From positions 64,001 through 128,000 of IMG/VR virus record IMGVR_UViG_3300049893_000724: a stretch of 64,000 bases of DNA. One strand, written 5' to 3'. This DNA comes from a virus. The position numbers and the translations under genes are program-made. This document shows, one piece after another, positions 15,324 through 24,135 of the stretch; the stretch's first letter is position 1; every line of letters begins with the position of its first letter. Under the pieces are notes generated by a model. It saw nothing but the letters and a program-made list of their open reading frames with translations. It had not been told where the DNA came from and searched no databases.

Positions 15324-16865
15324 TCAACCACCAATTCCAGATACTGGTGTTCCAGCAGGAGTTTGGCGGATTGCTTGAAGTCTTCTTTGAAGAATATTAA
15401 TTTCAGCAGACTTTGCTCTTTGAGCAGCAACTTTTGCTTTTGGGTCTGGTTGTGTTGATTGTGGTTGGGTTTTTGGTTGAAGTTCCATTGCCTGCTCAGC
15501 CATTTTCTTGGCCATCTTAGTAGCAGTTGCATACATCACTTCTTTACCACGACCAGGATATCTCTTTTCAAAATCTGCTGCTTTGTCCTTCATAGACTTT
15601 ACAATGTCTTCTTTCTTTTTAGTTTCAGCAGCAGTCAGTGTTTTCTCATCGAGTTGAACTTCTTCCTTTCTAACATCAGCAAGAAGAGCATCTAACTTAC
15701 TAGTTCTTTTCTTTTTTGCAGGTGCCTTTGCTTTCGGTGCTGCTGCTTTCTTTGCCTTTGCTTTTGGTGGAGTTGTTGCACTGCCCTCCCAAGGATCAGA
15801 GGGTTTTTCTGCTTTCTTTTTAGTAGGTGGGGTATAAGAACCGCTACTTACTTTTTCTTTTTGTCCTGCACCAGCACCACGATAAGTTGATGGTTTTCTT
15901 GCTGCGGTGCTTGGTTTTTTATCACCTGCTTCCATTTTGCGGGCAACACCCAATGCACCTTTAGCAACCTTTCTTGCTCCAGTTGCTACTGCTTGTTTTG
16001 CTGCTTTTTTAACACCAGCAAGCCTCTTTTTAGCAGCACCTAAAAGACTTTGCTTTTTCTTTTCTGCTGTTGGAGTATCGTGACCAAAAGTTACCTTTGC
16101 TTCAGTAATTGCAAATTCGATTGCCTCTTCAATATCATCCTCTTCATAACCTTCAATTAAAAGTTCATCATAAACACTTTCAATGACATAATCCATCTCA
16201 TCAATTTCGACCATTTCCAAAAGAACTCCACCAAGACCTTCGATTGCTTCGCCAAGATCAAGTTTAGGGTTGATAACAATTTTGTTATTAACTTGCTTTT
16301 CTACAATTTTTTGATCCTGATCTTTTTTGGTTTCAATTTTATCAACAACTTCGATTAGATCCTCTCTCCAATTTGAATATCCCTCCTTTCTAACTCCAAT
16401 CGCTTTACCAATAGCTTTTCTGCGCTTATGAAGATACTTATCAGACTTATCAGTATCGCCGTCATTATCAATATCAGCGTCTTCCTTACCAACAGGATCT
16501 AATGCCTCAGCAACGGGATCCTTTGATCTGGATTTCCAAGTTCCACCATACTCTTTACCCATCTGAGATTTAAATGCTTTCACTGCTTTTTTTCTTACAG
16601 ATGCTTTTGGATGATCAGACACATTCTGGAGGGGTGTTCTTCCGCTAGGTGCTTCTCCCTGCTCTGGATCTACAAATGCTTCATCAACACCCATAGATTT
16701 TCTAGCAGCCTTTACCATATCTTTATGCGCCTTAGTCTTCATCATTTCTTGACGTGCTTTTTCGTTTTCTTCAGCACGCTTTTTCATATCAGTTTCAAGG
16801 TGCGAAGATTCCGCAACTTGCTCCAGATATACTCTGGAAATATCATTCAGAGGATTGATTGACAT
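15324..16865 (-). CDS. Low-complexity K/E-rich protein, putative processed internal head protein
   Basis: 513 aa with many (V/I/L)xE|A/K sites and basic patches. Confidence 0.75.
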   Translation of the reverse strand: MSINPLNDISRVYLEQVAESSHLETDMKKRAEENEKARQEMMKTKAHKDMVKAARKSMGVDEAFVDPEQGEAPSGRTPLQNVSDHPKASVRKKAVKAFKSQMGKEYGGTWKSRSKDPVAEALDPVGKEDADIDNDGDTDKSDKYLHKRRKAIGKAIGVRKEGYSNWREDLIEVVDKIETKKDQDQKIVEKQVNNKIVINPKLDLGEAIEGLGGVLLEMVEIDEMDYVIESVYDELLIEGYEEDDIEEAIEFAITEAKVTFGHDTPTAEKKKQSLLGAAKKRLAGVKKAAKQAVATGARKVAKGALGVARKMEAGDKKPSTAARKPSTYRGAGAGQKEKVSSGSYTPPTKKKAEKPSDPWEGSATTPPKAKAKKAAAPKAKAPAKKKRTSKLDALLADVRKEEVQLDEKTLTAAETKKKEDIVKSMKDKAADFEKRYPGRGKEVMYATATKMAKKMAEQAMELQPKTQPQSTQPDPKAKVAAQRAKSAEINILQRRLQAIRQTPAGTPVSGIGG

Positions 16866-16866
16866 C

Positions 16867-18162
16867 TTAATAAGTACTTACTTTCTTTGCCTTATACTTA
16901 TTTATGAAATTGATGCCGTATGCCTTTCCACCTTTTTGAAGGTATTGTTTATTAGTTCCAACCGCACCTGGGGTCATTTTAGAATAATGAATAAAAGCTC
17001 CTTTTGTTCCAGTTAAAGTATTGGGATGAATTTTATCTCTCATTGGACTATCCATCTTAACTTCAGTATATTCCATCACATCTTTAATCCACGATTTAAA
17101 CATATGTCCATCTTCAGTCACACAAATAAGGTGATTGGTTCCTCTACGCATTACTTCACCAACCAATCCAGTATTTAAGTTTTGTACTGTATCACCAATT
17201 CTAAAAATATTTCCCATAACATAATTCTCACGAAGATTTCTCATATCAAACTTTGGTGCAATTTCCCAAAGATTATAATTTTCTTTCTTAACTTTTTCTT
17301 TCTTTGCACCCATCCCCTGACGAACAGCATTGAATAAATTTTGCGCCTCTCCATCATCAAGAGTTTTTGGAGTTCCTCTACGGAATGAAGCAAAGTCATT
17401 ATCAATAACTGCTTTTCTCATCTTAGATGCAGACATTCCTTCCACACCTTCTGCATCAGCATCACGAACACCTGCAGAGATCACACGAATTTGATCAAAG
17501 TTGTAAAGTTCGCCGTTATACTTTTGAGCAAGATTTTCAAACTCTGCTTGACGATCTGAACCAACAACGATATTGACTGAAGTATATCCGTCTTCGTTTG
17601 CAGTTACAAGAACATTGAAAATTGATTTCATCTCAGGGTCATTGATGATGTTATCCTTAAACTCAGGAAACATCTTCTTCATATACCCAACTTTTTTACT
17701 TGGATCCAGTGGGTTCTTCTTAGGATCCTGAGTTCTTGAAGGATAAATCTTAATATCACCACCAGCAGAAATTCTCTTCGCAGACTTGAGAAGTTTTTCG
17801 TGCCCTACTGTTGGTGGATTGAAGCGACCAAATACAATAGTTAAAGGTGGAAGTTCTTGCGGTTGCTCTTCAGGTGCCTGTGTCGCAGGTGCTGCCTGGG
17901 GTTGTGGTGCAGGTGCTTGTGCCGCTTGAGTTGGTTGCGGTGTTGGAGTTGGTGCAGCAGGTTGTCTTCCACCACCAGGTTCTGGTGCTCCTGCTTGCCT
18001 ACCATCAATGAACTTGAGTTTTCCTTTATCTGTCCTTGCTACCGTCTTTCCACTACGATCTACCCATCCTCCGTGACCGTCTCCACGAAGTCCAAGTTTT
18101 TTTGCCTGCATCGCCGCTTGCGATTCAGTTGCTTCAGATAAAAAATTGAGAAAACTCTTCAT
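16867..18162 (-). CDS. Cytidylyltransferase-like (HxGH-type) protein with Pro/Ala/Gln linker
   Basis: VFGRFNPPTVGHEKLL, VVGSDR, MSASKMR; late promoter ATAAATA upstream. Confidence 0.85.
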   Translation of the reverse strand: MKSFLNFLSEATESQAAMQAKKLGLRGDGHGGWVDRSGKTVARTDKGKLKFIDGRQAGAPEPGGGRQPAAPTPTPQPTQAAQAPAPQPQAAPATQAPEEQPQELPPLTIVFGRFNPPTVGHEKLLKSAKRISAGGDIKIYPSRTQDPKKNPLDPSKKVGYMKKMFPEFKDNIINDPEMKSIFNVLVTANEDGYTSVNIVVGSDRQAEFENLAQKYNGELYNFDQIRVISAGVRDADAEGVEGMSASKMRKAVIDNDFASFRRGTPKTLDDGEAQNLFNAVRQGMGAKKEKVKKENYNLWEIAPKFDMRNLRENYVMGNIFRIGDTVQNLNTGLVGEVMRRGTNHLICVTEDGHMFKSWIKDVMEYTEVKMDSPMRDKIHPNTLTGTKGAFIHYSKMTPGAVGTNKQYLQKGGKAYGINFINKYKAKKVSTY

Positions 18163-18187
18163 ATTTTATATTAATATATTTTATTTA

Positions 18188-18979
18188 TTATTTGATATTT
18201 GCTATCAAATAATCAATGCTATCGGACTGTGTAATATCAAACGCAGATCTTGTTGGTTTTTTATCGATCAGTAAAGCTGTGCTAAATCTATAATTTGGAC
18301 TGCTACTACTTCCTTTTTTTCTAATTCTTAATTTTAGACTTCCATTAAATTTTATCATATCAGTAAATTTGGAAATACCAGCAGGATCTCTCCCCATATA
18401 ATAAGTTCCATATCCCCCAATGTGAATATAAAATATTTTTTTAGAATTATAAAAACTAGATAAAGTATTTGAATTTATTGGAATATACTTATCAGGAAAC
18501 TTTGAATAATCATATTCTTTATCTCCCCAAGTGATTTCTTGTCTTTTTGCTTTTTTTTCAAAAAGTCTGGGAATTCCAGAATTTCCCCAAGCAGTATTAG
18601 AATTTACGAAATCTTCAACTCCAAGTTGTTTTAAATTTTCTCTCATAGTTCTATCTTGAATGGTATTTTTTCCATCAAGATACCACTTTTTAGTAGAAAC
18701 ATTATACTTCAATCCACTTTGTCCATAATCTGCCTTTTCATCCAATTTTATTTCTAAATTATAAGATTGACCTTGCCATAAAAATTTGCAATCTGGAGCA
18801 CTATTATCAGCACCAGCAGGAGTAAATCCAGGAGGAACCAAATCTTGGTCTTTTAATAGATTAAAAATATATTCTTCATACAAAAAACCTTTATTATCAT
18901 AATTTATTGGTAGATCATAATAATCTTTATCTTGTACACTATCTTCGGTATGACGCTTTTTTGCTAATGTTTTAGCCAT
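18188..18979 (-). CDS. Putative PD-(D/E)XK endonuclease
   Basis: GFLYEEYI...APDCKF...NLEIKL...DYGQ; AT-rich. Start moved to MAKTLAKK because the track ORF runs through tRNA-Ala. Confidence 0.55.
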   Translation of the reverse strand: MAKTLAKKRHTEDSVQDKDYYDLPINYDNKGFLYEEYIFNLLKDQDLVPPGFTPAGADNSAPDCKFLWQGQSYNLEIKLDEKADYGQSGLKYNVSTKKWYLDGKNTIQDRTMRENLKQLGVEDFVNSNTAWGNSGIPRLFEKKAKRQEITWGDKEYDYSKFPDKYIPINSNTLSSFYNSKKIFYIHIGGYGTYYMGRDPAGISKFTDMIKFNGSLKLRIRKKGSSSSPNYRFSTALLIDKKPTRSAFDITQSDSIDYLIANIK

Positions 18980-19011
18980 CAAACTAATATACTCTTTTAA
19001 GTATTTAGAAG

Positions 19012-19084
19012 TGGAGAATAGGAGACTCGAACTCCTGACACCCGCCTTGCAAAGGCGATGCTCTACCAACTGAGCTAATTCCCC
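19012..19084 (-). tRNA. tRNA-Ala(TGC)
   Basis: GGGGAATTAGCTCAGTTGGTAGAGCATCGCCTTTGCAAGGCGGGTGTCAGGAGTTCGAGTCTCCTATTCTCCA. Confidence 0.95.
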
Positions 19085-19094
19085 GAATACAGAT

Positions 19095-19123
19095 ATTATA
19101 AAACCCCTCAACTAAAAAGTCAA
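19095..19123 (-). promoter_or_regulatory. Sigma70-like promoter for tRNA-Ala
   Basis: TTGACT-17nt-TATAAT within an AACCCCT/AGGGGTT inverted repeat. Confidence 0.7.
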
Positions 19124-19153
19124 GGGGTTAGAGCAACCTTCCGTGGTTATTTA

Positions 19154-19915
19154 TCAGTATTCGTATCTGCTATCATCAACAGACTTACCTGCTCTTCTTG
19201 CTGCTTTGTTTCCACTTCCTCTATCACCTGCACCAAAATCAGATTCTCCACCACGACCACCTCTCGTGGCACGTTTAGCTGGATCTGCACTTACCTTACG
19301 ACTATATGCTGTTCCACCTGGTTTGTTCATTACTTTCTTGTAACGCTCACCAGTTAGTGCTTCACCAATCTCAACTTCCTCATGCTGCTTACGGAGTTTT
19401 GCAAGCACAGCACCTGCTACCTTTTCACCACGCTCTTTGGAACCATAACGCTTCCCTGCAGAAGCAGCAATCTTGGCGAATGCCTTACCAGGTTTACCAA
19501 TATCTTTACCCGCTCTTGCTGCCTTTGCTGAATATGATGCTTCAAGGATAGCATCAATCTCTTCAGATGAAAGTTGCGCCATCATCTGTTCAGGATTTTC
19601 GTGTCCCTCGGTTTGGAGATACTCAAGAACAGTATCAAAAATATCTACTTCCTCATGGGTCATTCCGACCACGGATGGTTTGGTTTTCTTAGTAACCTTA
19701 TCGTAGAACTTGATGTCTCTTTCCATTTTTTCAGCATTTGCTTTTCCTGCTGATGGAGAAAGACGCTTTTCACCACCTCTTCTTTCGGCAGCAGATGCTT
19801 TTCTCATCTCAGTATCATGGCGTGAAGCACCTTTTACTGCCTCATCAATTTCTTCCTGAGGAGCATAAACTTCAGAATATGCTTCTATCAAACCTCTAAG
19901 TTCTTTGCTATCCAT
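19154..19915 (-). CDS. Low-complexity basic/acidic modular protein, putative internal head protein
   Basis: 253 aa; EIDE|A, ILE|A, EIGE|A sites; late promoter upstream. Confidence 0.75.
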   Translation of the reverse strand: MDSKELRGLIEAYSEVYAPQEEIDEAVKGASRHDTEMRKASAAERRGGEKRLSPSAGKANAEKMERDIKFYDKVTKKTKPSVVGMTHEEVDIFDTVLEYLQTEGHENPEQMMAQLSSEEIDAILEASYSAKAARAGKDIGKPGKAFAKIAASAGKRYGSKERGEKVAGAVLAKLRKQHEEVEIGEALTGERYKKVMNKPGGTAYSRKVSADPAKRATRGGRGGESDFGAGDRGSGNKAARRAGKSVDDSRYEY

Positions 19916-19948
19916 TAGATTAACAATATCTTCTGATTTATTTATTAT

Positions 19949-20458
19949 TCAGACCAACTCCATTGGATAGTGCTCGGAATCAATATTAATCGTCTTCTTT
20001 CTTTTCTTTCTTGCTTCATTTACTGCCGAAAGTGTGAATAAATCAGAGTGCTTTTCACCAAACTTTCTTACAACTGTTCCAGCAAGTTTATTTGCTTCAT
20101 TCTCCGAAGGACTTCCAGCAGCACTATTTCCATGAACTCCGCTCCTATGTTGGCGATAATGAGTAAGTTCGTGAGCAACTGTTCTCAAAATATCCATTGT
20201 ATGACGACCTTGAATATCAATTACAATGCGATTATCTTTAATTTGACCAAATGCAGAAATTCTCTTTGCAAACTTCGGATCATCAATGAAATGTATTTTT
20301 GGAAGTTCTTTAATTCCCAGTTCTTTTTTTGCAAAAGGAAGAAATGTATGAACGATTTTTTCAAAGTGATCTTTACTAATTCCTTCTGCAACAAAAGACA
20401 GAGAAATGTTGAACATCTCCCTGTCTCTTTGAAATTTTCTCCACTCAGAAAAATACAT
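19949..20458 (-). CDS. Putative zincin metallopeptidase
   Basis: LRTVAHELTHYRQH (HExxH) plus downstream ENEAN. Confidence 0.6.
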   Translation of the reverse strand: MYFSEWRKFQRDREMFNISLSFVAEGISKDHFEKIVHTFLPFAKKELGIKELPKIHFIDDPKFAKRISAFGQIKDNRIVIDIQGRHTMDILRTVAHELTHYRQHRSGVHGNSAAGSPSENEANKLAGTVVRKFGEKHSDLFTLSAVNEARKKRKKTINIDSEHYPMELV

Positions 20459-20475
20459 TGCCCTTTTCTAAGTAT

Positions 20476-20664
20476 TTATTCAACACCCAATACAGCACCA
20501 ATATTGTCATCAATTTGTTGAACTACAGAACGAATATCAGCAATACGAGGTGGAACACTTACTTCATCATAAGTATATCCTTTTTGTGCTTCAAATAAAA
20601 CTTGACGTACCGCTGCTGCAGCACGAACGTCTACTTTAATTGTTACTTGTTTTTCTTTAGTCAC
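20476..20664 (-). CDS. Hypothetical protein
   Basis: 62 aa, coupled to mazG. Confidence 0.65.
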   Translation of the reverse strand: MTKEKQVTIKVDVRAAAAVRQVLFEAQKGYTYDEVSVPPRIADIRSVVQQIDDNIGAVLGVE

Positions 20665-21065
20665 AGGTCTCCCTCCTTACGATTTTCAGAACGTTCAATA
20701 GTAAAAGCACCCTCAGGATAACGAGCACTCAGTTTCTCAAAGTTCATTTGAATTACTTCTTCAAGAGAAATATCAAGACCAATACACGCTTGGGATACAT
20801 ACCACATAATATCTCCAAGTTCGCGCTTCAGGTGAAACAAGTTTTCTTCATTTACTGGTTTACCTTGGAAAATAATTTTCTTTACAACTTCAGTAAACTC
20901 TCCTGCTTCAGCGGACATTCCTACAGCAGCAGTAAGCAGTCGCTCGGTAGGAAACTCTTGCAGTTCCAAGTCATGAAGACGCTTGAGAAAATCACTATAT
21001 TGTTTGCTGGGGTTTGATGTGGTTGCATCAACGAATTCAACATATTTGTTAAGATCAATAGTCAT
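20661..21065 (-). CDS. mazG: MazG-like NTP pyrophosphohydrolase
   Basis: EAGEFTEVVKK...ELGDIMWY...NFEKLSARYPEG. Confidence 0.93.
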   Translation of the reverse strand: MTIDLNKYVEFVDATTSNPSKQYSDFLKRLHDLELQEFPTERLLTAAVGMSAEAGEFTEVVKKIIFQGKPVNEENLFHLKRELGDIMWYVSQACIGLDISLEEVIQMNFEKLSARYPEGAFTIERSENRKEGDL

Positions 21066-22441
21066 TAGAATTTAAATCCTTCGAATGATTTTTTAGGTTT
21101 CTTTTCTTCATAATCATACTCTTCTTCTTTTCCGTTGTCAAGAATATCTTGCTGAGCAGATTGTTCACAATCATAAAGACGCATCTTGGCACGATCAATA
21201 CCTACAATAAAACGCTTATGAATAGTAGGATCATTATATCTGTTCTTAAGTTGCTTAACTAGAATCTGTCCAAGCCCCTCCAACTCTTCAGTGCTAATAA
21301 GGGCAAACATAAGATCAGCAGTAGCAGGAAGACCAAAGGACTCAGAAGTATCAGTAAGTTCAACATCAGAAGAACCATAACCTGAACGAGTGGTCTGAGT
21401 AGCGGAGACAATTGGGACATTAAACTCGACGGCGAGGCCCCTAAGTTCCTCAGCAATTGCTTTGACAAAAGTATAAGAGTTGATGTTGCTGTTTCCGCGA
21501 TACCTACTGGAAGCACAAATATTAAGGTAATCAATGAAAATAATATCAGGTCTAAATGACTTTTTAAGTGCAAGTTCATTAAGAAGTGATTTAAAGTGTC
21601 CAGCATGAGCTGATGCTGTGGGGTATTCCTTAATTATAAGAGTTCCCTGAGTTTTCTTCGCAAGGTTGGTAACCTTGTTCTCAAACATTTGTTTGGGGAG
21701 ATCTGTGATGTCTTGAATAGGTACGTTAAGGAGGTTGGCATCAATTCGCTCAGCAATTCGCTCCTCCGCCATTTCAAGAGTGATGTAGAGAACGTTCCTG
21801 CCTTGCAATAAGACGGAAGAAGCCACATGGCACATAAAGAGACTCTTTCCGACACCCGTACCAGCCAAAGCGATATTGAGAGTCTTATTAGGTAAACCAC
21901 CTTTTGTGATTTTGTTGAAGTACTCCAAGTCGAATTCAATTTTGTCTTCCTTTTTATGGTAGGACTCATAGCGTAGTTCATAGTCTAACAGATAATCGTG
22001 CCCGATGTGGGTATCAAAAGATACTGCCAAGGCATCGGATAAAATACTAGGAATGCTATCACGATTTTTCTTTTCATCTTTACCATCTGCAATATGGATT
22101 GATTCCATCAAAGCAAGATAGATAGCACGATCACGACACCACTTCTCAGTAGTATCAACTAACCAATTAAATTCTGCTGGGACATCATCAAGACAACCAA
22201 TCAAATGAGTGATTTCTTTGAAAGAAGTATCATTAATATCTTGACGCTTCTCTACTTCAATACAAAGAACCTCTTTTGTCGCAGGTTCATTGTATTCTTG
22301 AATAAACTTCAAGATTTCTTCAAATACAACTTTCTGATTTGCATCCTCAAAGTATTCTCCTTTAATAAAAGGAATAACTTTGCGAACATATTCTTCATTA
22401 TGAAGAAGGTTGCGAAGAATCAGAAACTCAACTTTATCCAT
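21065..22441 (-). CDS. gp41: Replicative DNA helicase
   Basis: Walker A AGTGVGKS, YITLEM, IDYLNI, SATQTTRSG. Confidence 0.97.
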   Translation of the reverse strand: MDKVEFLILRNLLHNEEYVRKVIPFIKGEYFEDANQKVVFEEILKFIQEYNEPATKEVLCIEVEKRQDINDTSFKEITHLIGCLDDVPAEFNWLVDTTEKWCRDRAIYLALMESIHIADGKDEKKNRDSIPSILSDALAVSFDTHIGHDYLLDYELRYESYHKKEDKIEFDLEYFNKITKGGLPNKTLNIALAGTGVGKSLFMCHVASSVLLQGRNVLYITLEMAEERIAERIDANLLNVPIQDITDLPKQMFENKVTNLAKKTQGTLIIKEYPTASAHAGHFKSLLNELALKKSFRPDIIFIDYLNICASSRYRGNSNINSYTFVKAIAEELRGLAVEFNVPIVSATQTTRSGYGSSDVELTDTSESFGLPATADLMFALISTEELEGLGQILVKQLKNRYNDPTIHKRFIVGIDRAKMRLYDCEQSAQQDILDNGKEEEYDYEEKKPKKSFEGFKF

Positions 22442-22970
22442 GGGGCATATCAAATACGAATGTTATTCTTGTCTCATCACCGATATTCACGGTGCCGTGT
22501 GGTAGTTTATTATTGAACCATAAAAGTGTACCAGGTTCTACAATCACACTATCAGTTCCACAGAAATACTGATACCTCCCAACGATGGAAAGGTGATATC
22601 TGTCTCTTGTTAAGTAATAAGTGCCTTCATCAATATGAGCACCTACCATTCCATCAACAGGAAGTGAAAGAAATCCACAACGATGCAGTTCTCTATTTCC
22701 AAAATGTTTGCGTATAATCTTTCGAATTTCGCTGTGATGGTGATATGCTGGAGTTTTAATACTGATCTCAGAATCCCCAACAAAATCTTCTTTAGTTTTG
22801 ACACCACCCATTATAAGTTGAAGAGCACTCACTGGCAAGTCAGCAAATCCTCTATCAACTAATGATTGGGAATCTTTCAGATGTTTCTGATGATCCCAAT
22901 CCTGTGGGTATTTTTTGAGTTGATCTACAACTTTAGATACGTTGATTCCAGTTTTGAGAACCTTGATCAC
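22434..22970 (-). CDS. 2OG-Fe(II) oxygenase, Asp/Asn beta-hydroxylase-like
   Basis: HID...PHGTVN...RITFVFD jelly-roll HxD..H motif. Confidence 0.8.
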   Translation of the reverse strand: MIKVLKTGINVSKVVDQLKKYPQDWDHQKHLKDSQSLVDRGFADLPVSALQLIMGGVKTKEDFVGDSEISIKTPAYHHHSEIRKIIRKHFGNRELHRCGFLSLPVDGMVGAHIDEGTYYLTRDRYHLSIVGRYQYFCGTDSVIVEPGTLLWFNNKLPHGTVNIGDETRITFVFDMPHG

Positions 22971-23971
22971 GATCCGTAACTAAATTCTTCTCTTGCAATT
23001 TGGTCAAGTTTTTCCATCACTTCTTCTGTGAAGTATTCTTCTGGATTGGCAAGAATTTGTTTGGCATAGATCTTCTTACCATCCATCTCATAGCGTCCCG
23101 CTACATTCTTCCAGAGTCCACCAAGTTCACCAAGTTCCAGAAGACCATAGTAACGATCAAGGCCGCGCTCATCATAATACAAACGGACTTCAACATCTTT
23201 GTTCTCCTTACTCAGACGCGACTTAGCAGTCTTAGCTTTGATAATATTGCCGACCACTTCTGTTCCATCTTTTTCCTTCTTTTTGCTGAGATAGATGATC
23301 GTACTTGCTGCGTACTTGAGTCCAGAACCTCCGCCCATTTCTTTTGTTGGTACGTAAGCTCCGATGACATCGTATGTATGATTTGTGACAATGAGCGGAA
23401 CATTTGCCTGTCCTAGTTTAAGGGTTAACATTCGGAAAGCACCTTTAACAAGTTGCGATTTAGTCATATCACGAACTTGCTTATCGTTCAGTGCATCAGT
23501 AATTTCTTTCTCAGTGGAAAGCATACCAAGAGAGTCTAGCACAAACATACAAGGTTTGCGTTCTTCTACAGGTTTTTTTAAGTATAGGTCTACTGCCTTA
23601 AGTGCTTTAGTACGGAACTCCTCAATCGTAACGACATTAACAACAACAAGACGAGAAGTATCAATTCCACGCGATTCTACAAGGGATTTGGTGATAGCGG
23701 CTTCAGTATCAAAGTAGAGACAATAACCATCGGGGTGAGTATCAAGAAAATTCTTAACCACAGCGAGAGAGAAGAAAGTTTTTCCAGTAGAAGACTCTCC
23801 AGCAATAGCAGTAATCTTATTCCCAGATACACCACCAAATATGCTACCTGAAACCAGTGCATTAAAAATGTACGAACCCGTGTCAACATAAGTCTCAGTC
23901 TCATCAATATCGGACGCTAACTTAGTAAAGTCATCACCAATTTCTTTTACAATATCTTTAAGAAAATCCAT
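22967..23971 (-). CDS. uvsX: RecA-like recombinase
   Basis: AGESSTGKT, DSLGML, GGGSGLKYAAS. Confidence 0.96.
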   Translation of the reverse strand: MDFLKDIVKEIGDDFTKLASDIDETETYVDTGSYIFNALVSGSIFGGVSGNKITAIAGESSTGKTFFSLAVVKNFLDTHPDGYCLYFDTEAAITKSLVESRGIDTSRLVVVNVVTIEEFRTKALKAVDLYLKKPVEERKPCMFVLDSLGMLSTEKEITDALNDKQVRDMTKSQLVKGAFRMLTLKLGQANVPLIVTNHTYDVIGAYVPTKEMGGGSGLKYAASTIIYLSKKKEKDGTEVVGNIIKAKTAKSRLSKENKDVEVRLYYDERGLDRYYGLLELGELGGLWKNVAGRYEMDGKKIYAKQILANPEEYFTEEVMEKLDQIAREEFSYGS

Positions 23972-24135
23972 CACGCTACCATCCCGTATTCTTCACGAAG
24001 TATTTTTTTATAAGGTAAACCCTGTTCTCTGAGTTCTTTTACAAGTTTAAGTTTTTGAAACAATGCAGTGTCTCCACCAAGAGCCATAGCATTAATAATA
24101 GTATTCAATTCTTGATCATTAATAGGTAGATCCAT
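23971..24135 (-). CDS. 54-aa hypothetical protein
   Basis: MDLPINDQELNTIINAMALGGDTALFQKLKLVKELREQGLPYKKILREEYGMVA*; coupled on both sides. Confidence 0.6.
   Translation of the reverse strand: MDLPINDQELNTIINAMALGGDTALFQKLKLVKELREQGLPYKKILREEYGMVA

Noticed and set aside
2395-19084. Lack of encoded CCA on all ten tRNAs as a sign of pseudogenes
   Set aside because: Cloverleaves are intact, and CCA is commonly added post-transcriptionally in cyanobacterial hosts
18980-19111. N-terminal extension of ORF 18188..19111 and the similar extension of ORF 2552..2857
   Set aside because: The extensions read through tRNA-Ala and tRNA-Pro genes; downstream ATGs are more plausible starts
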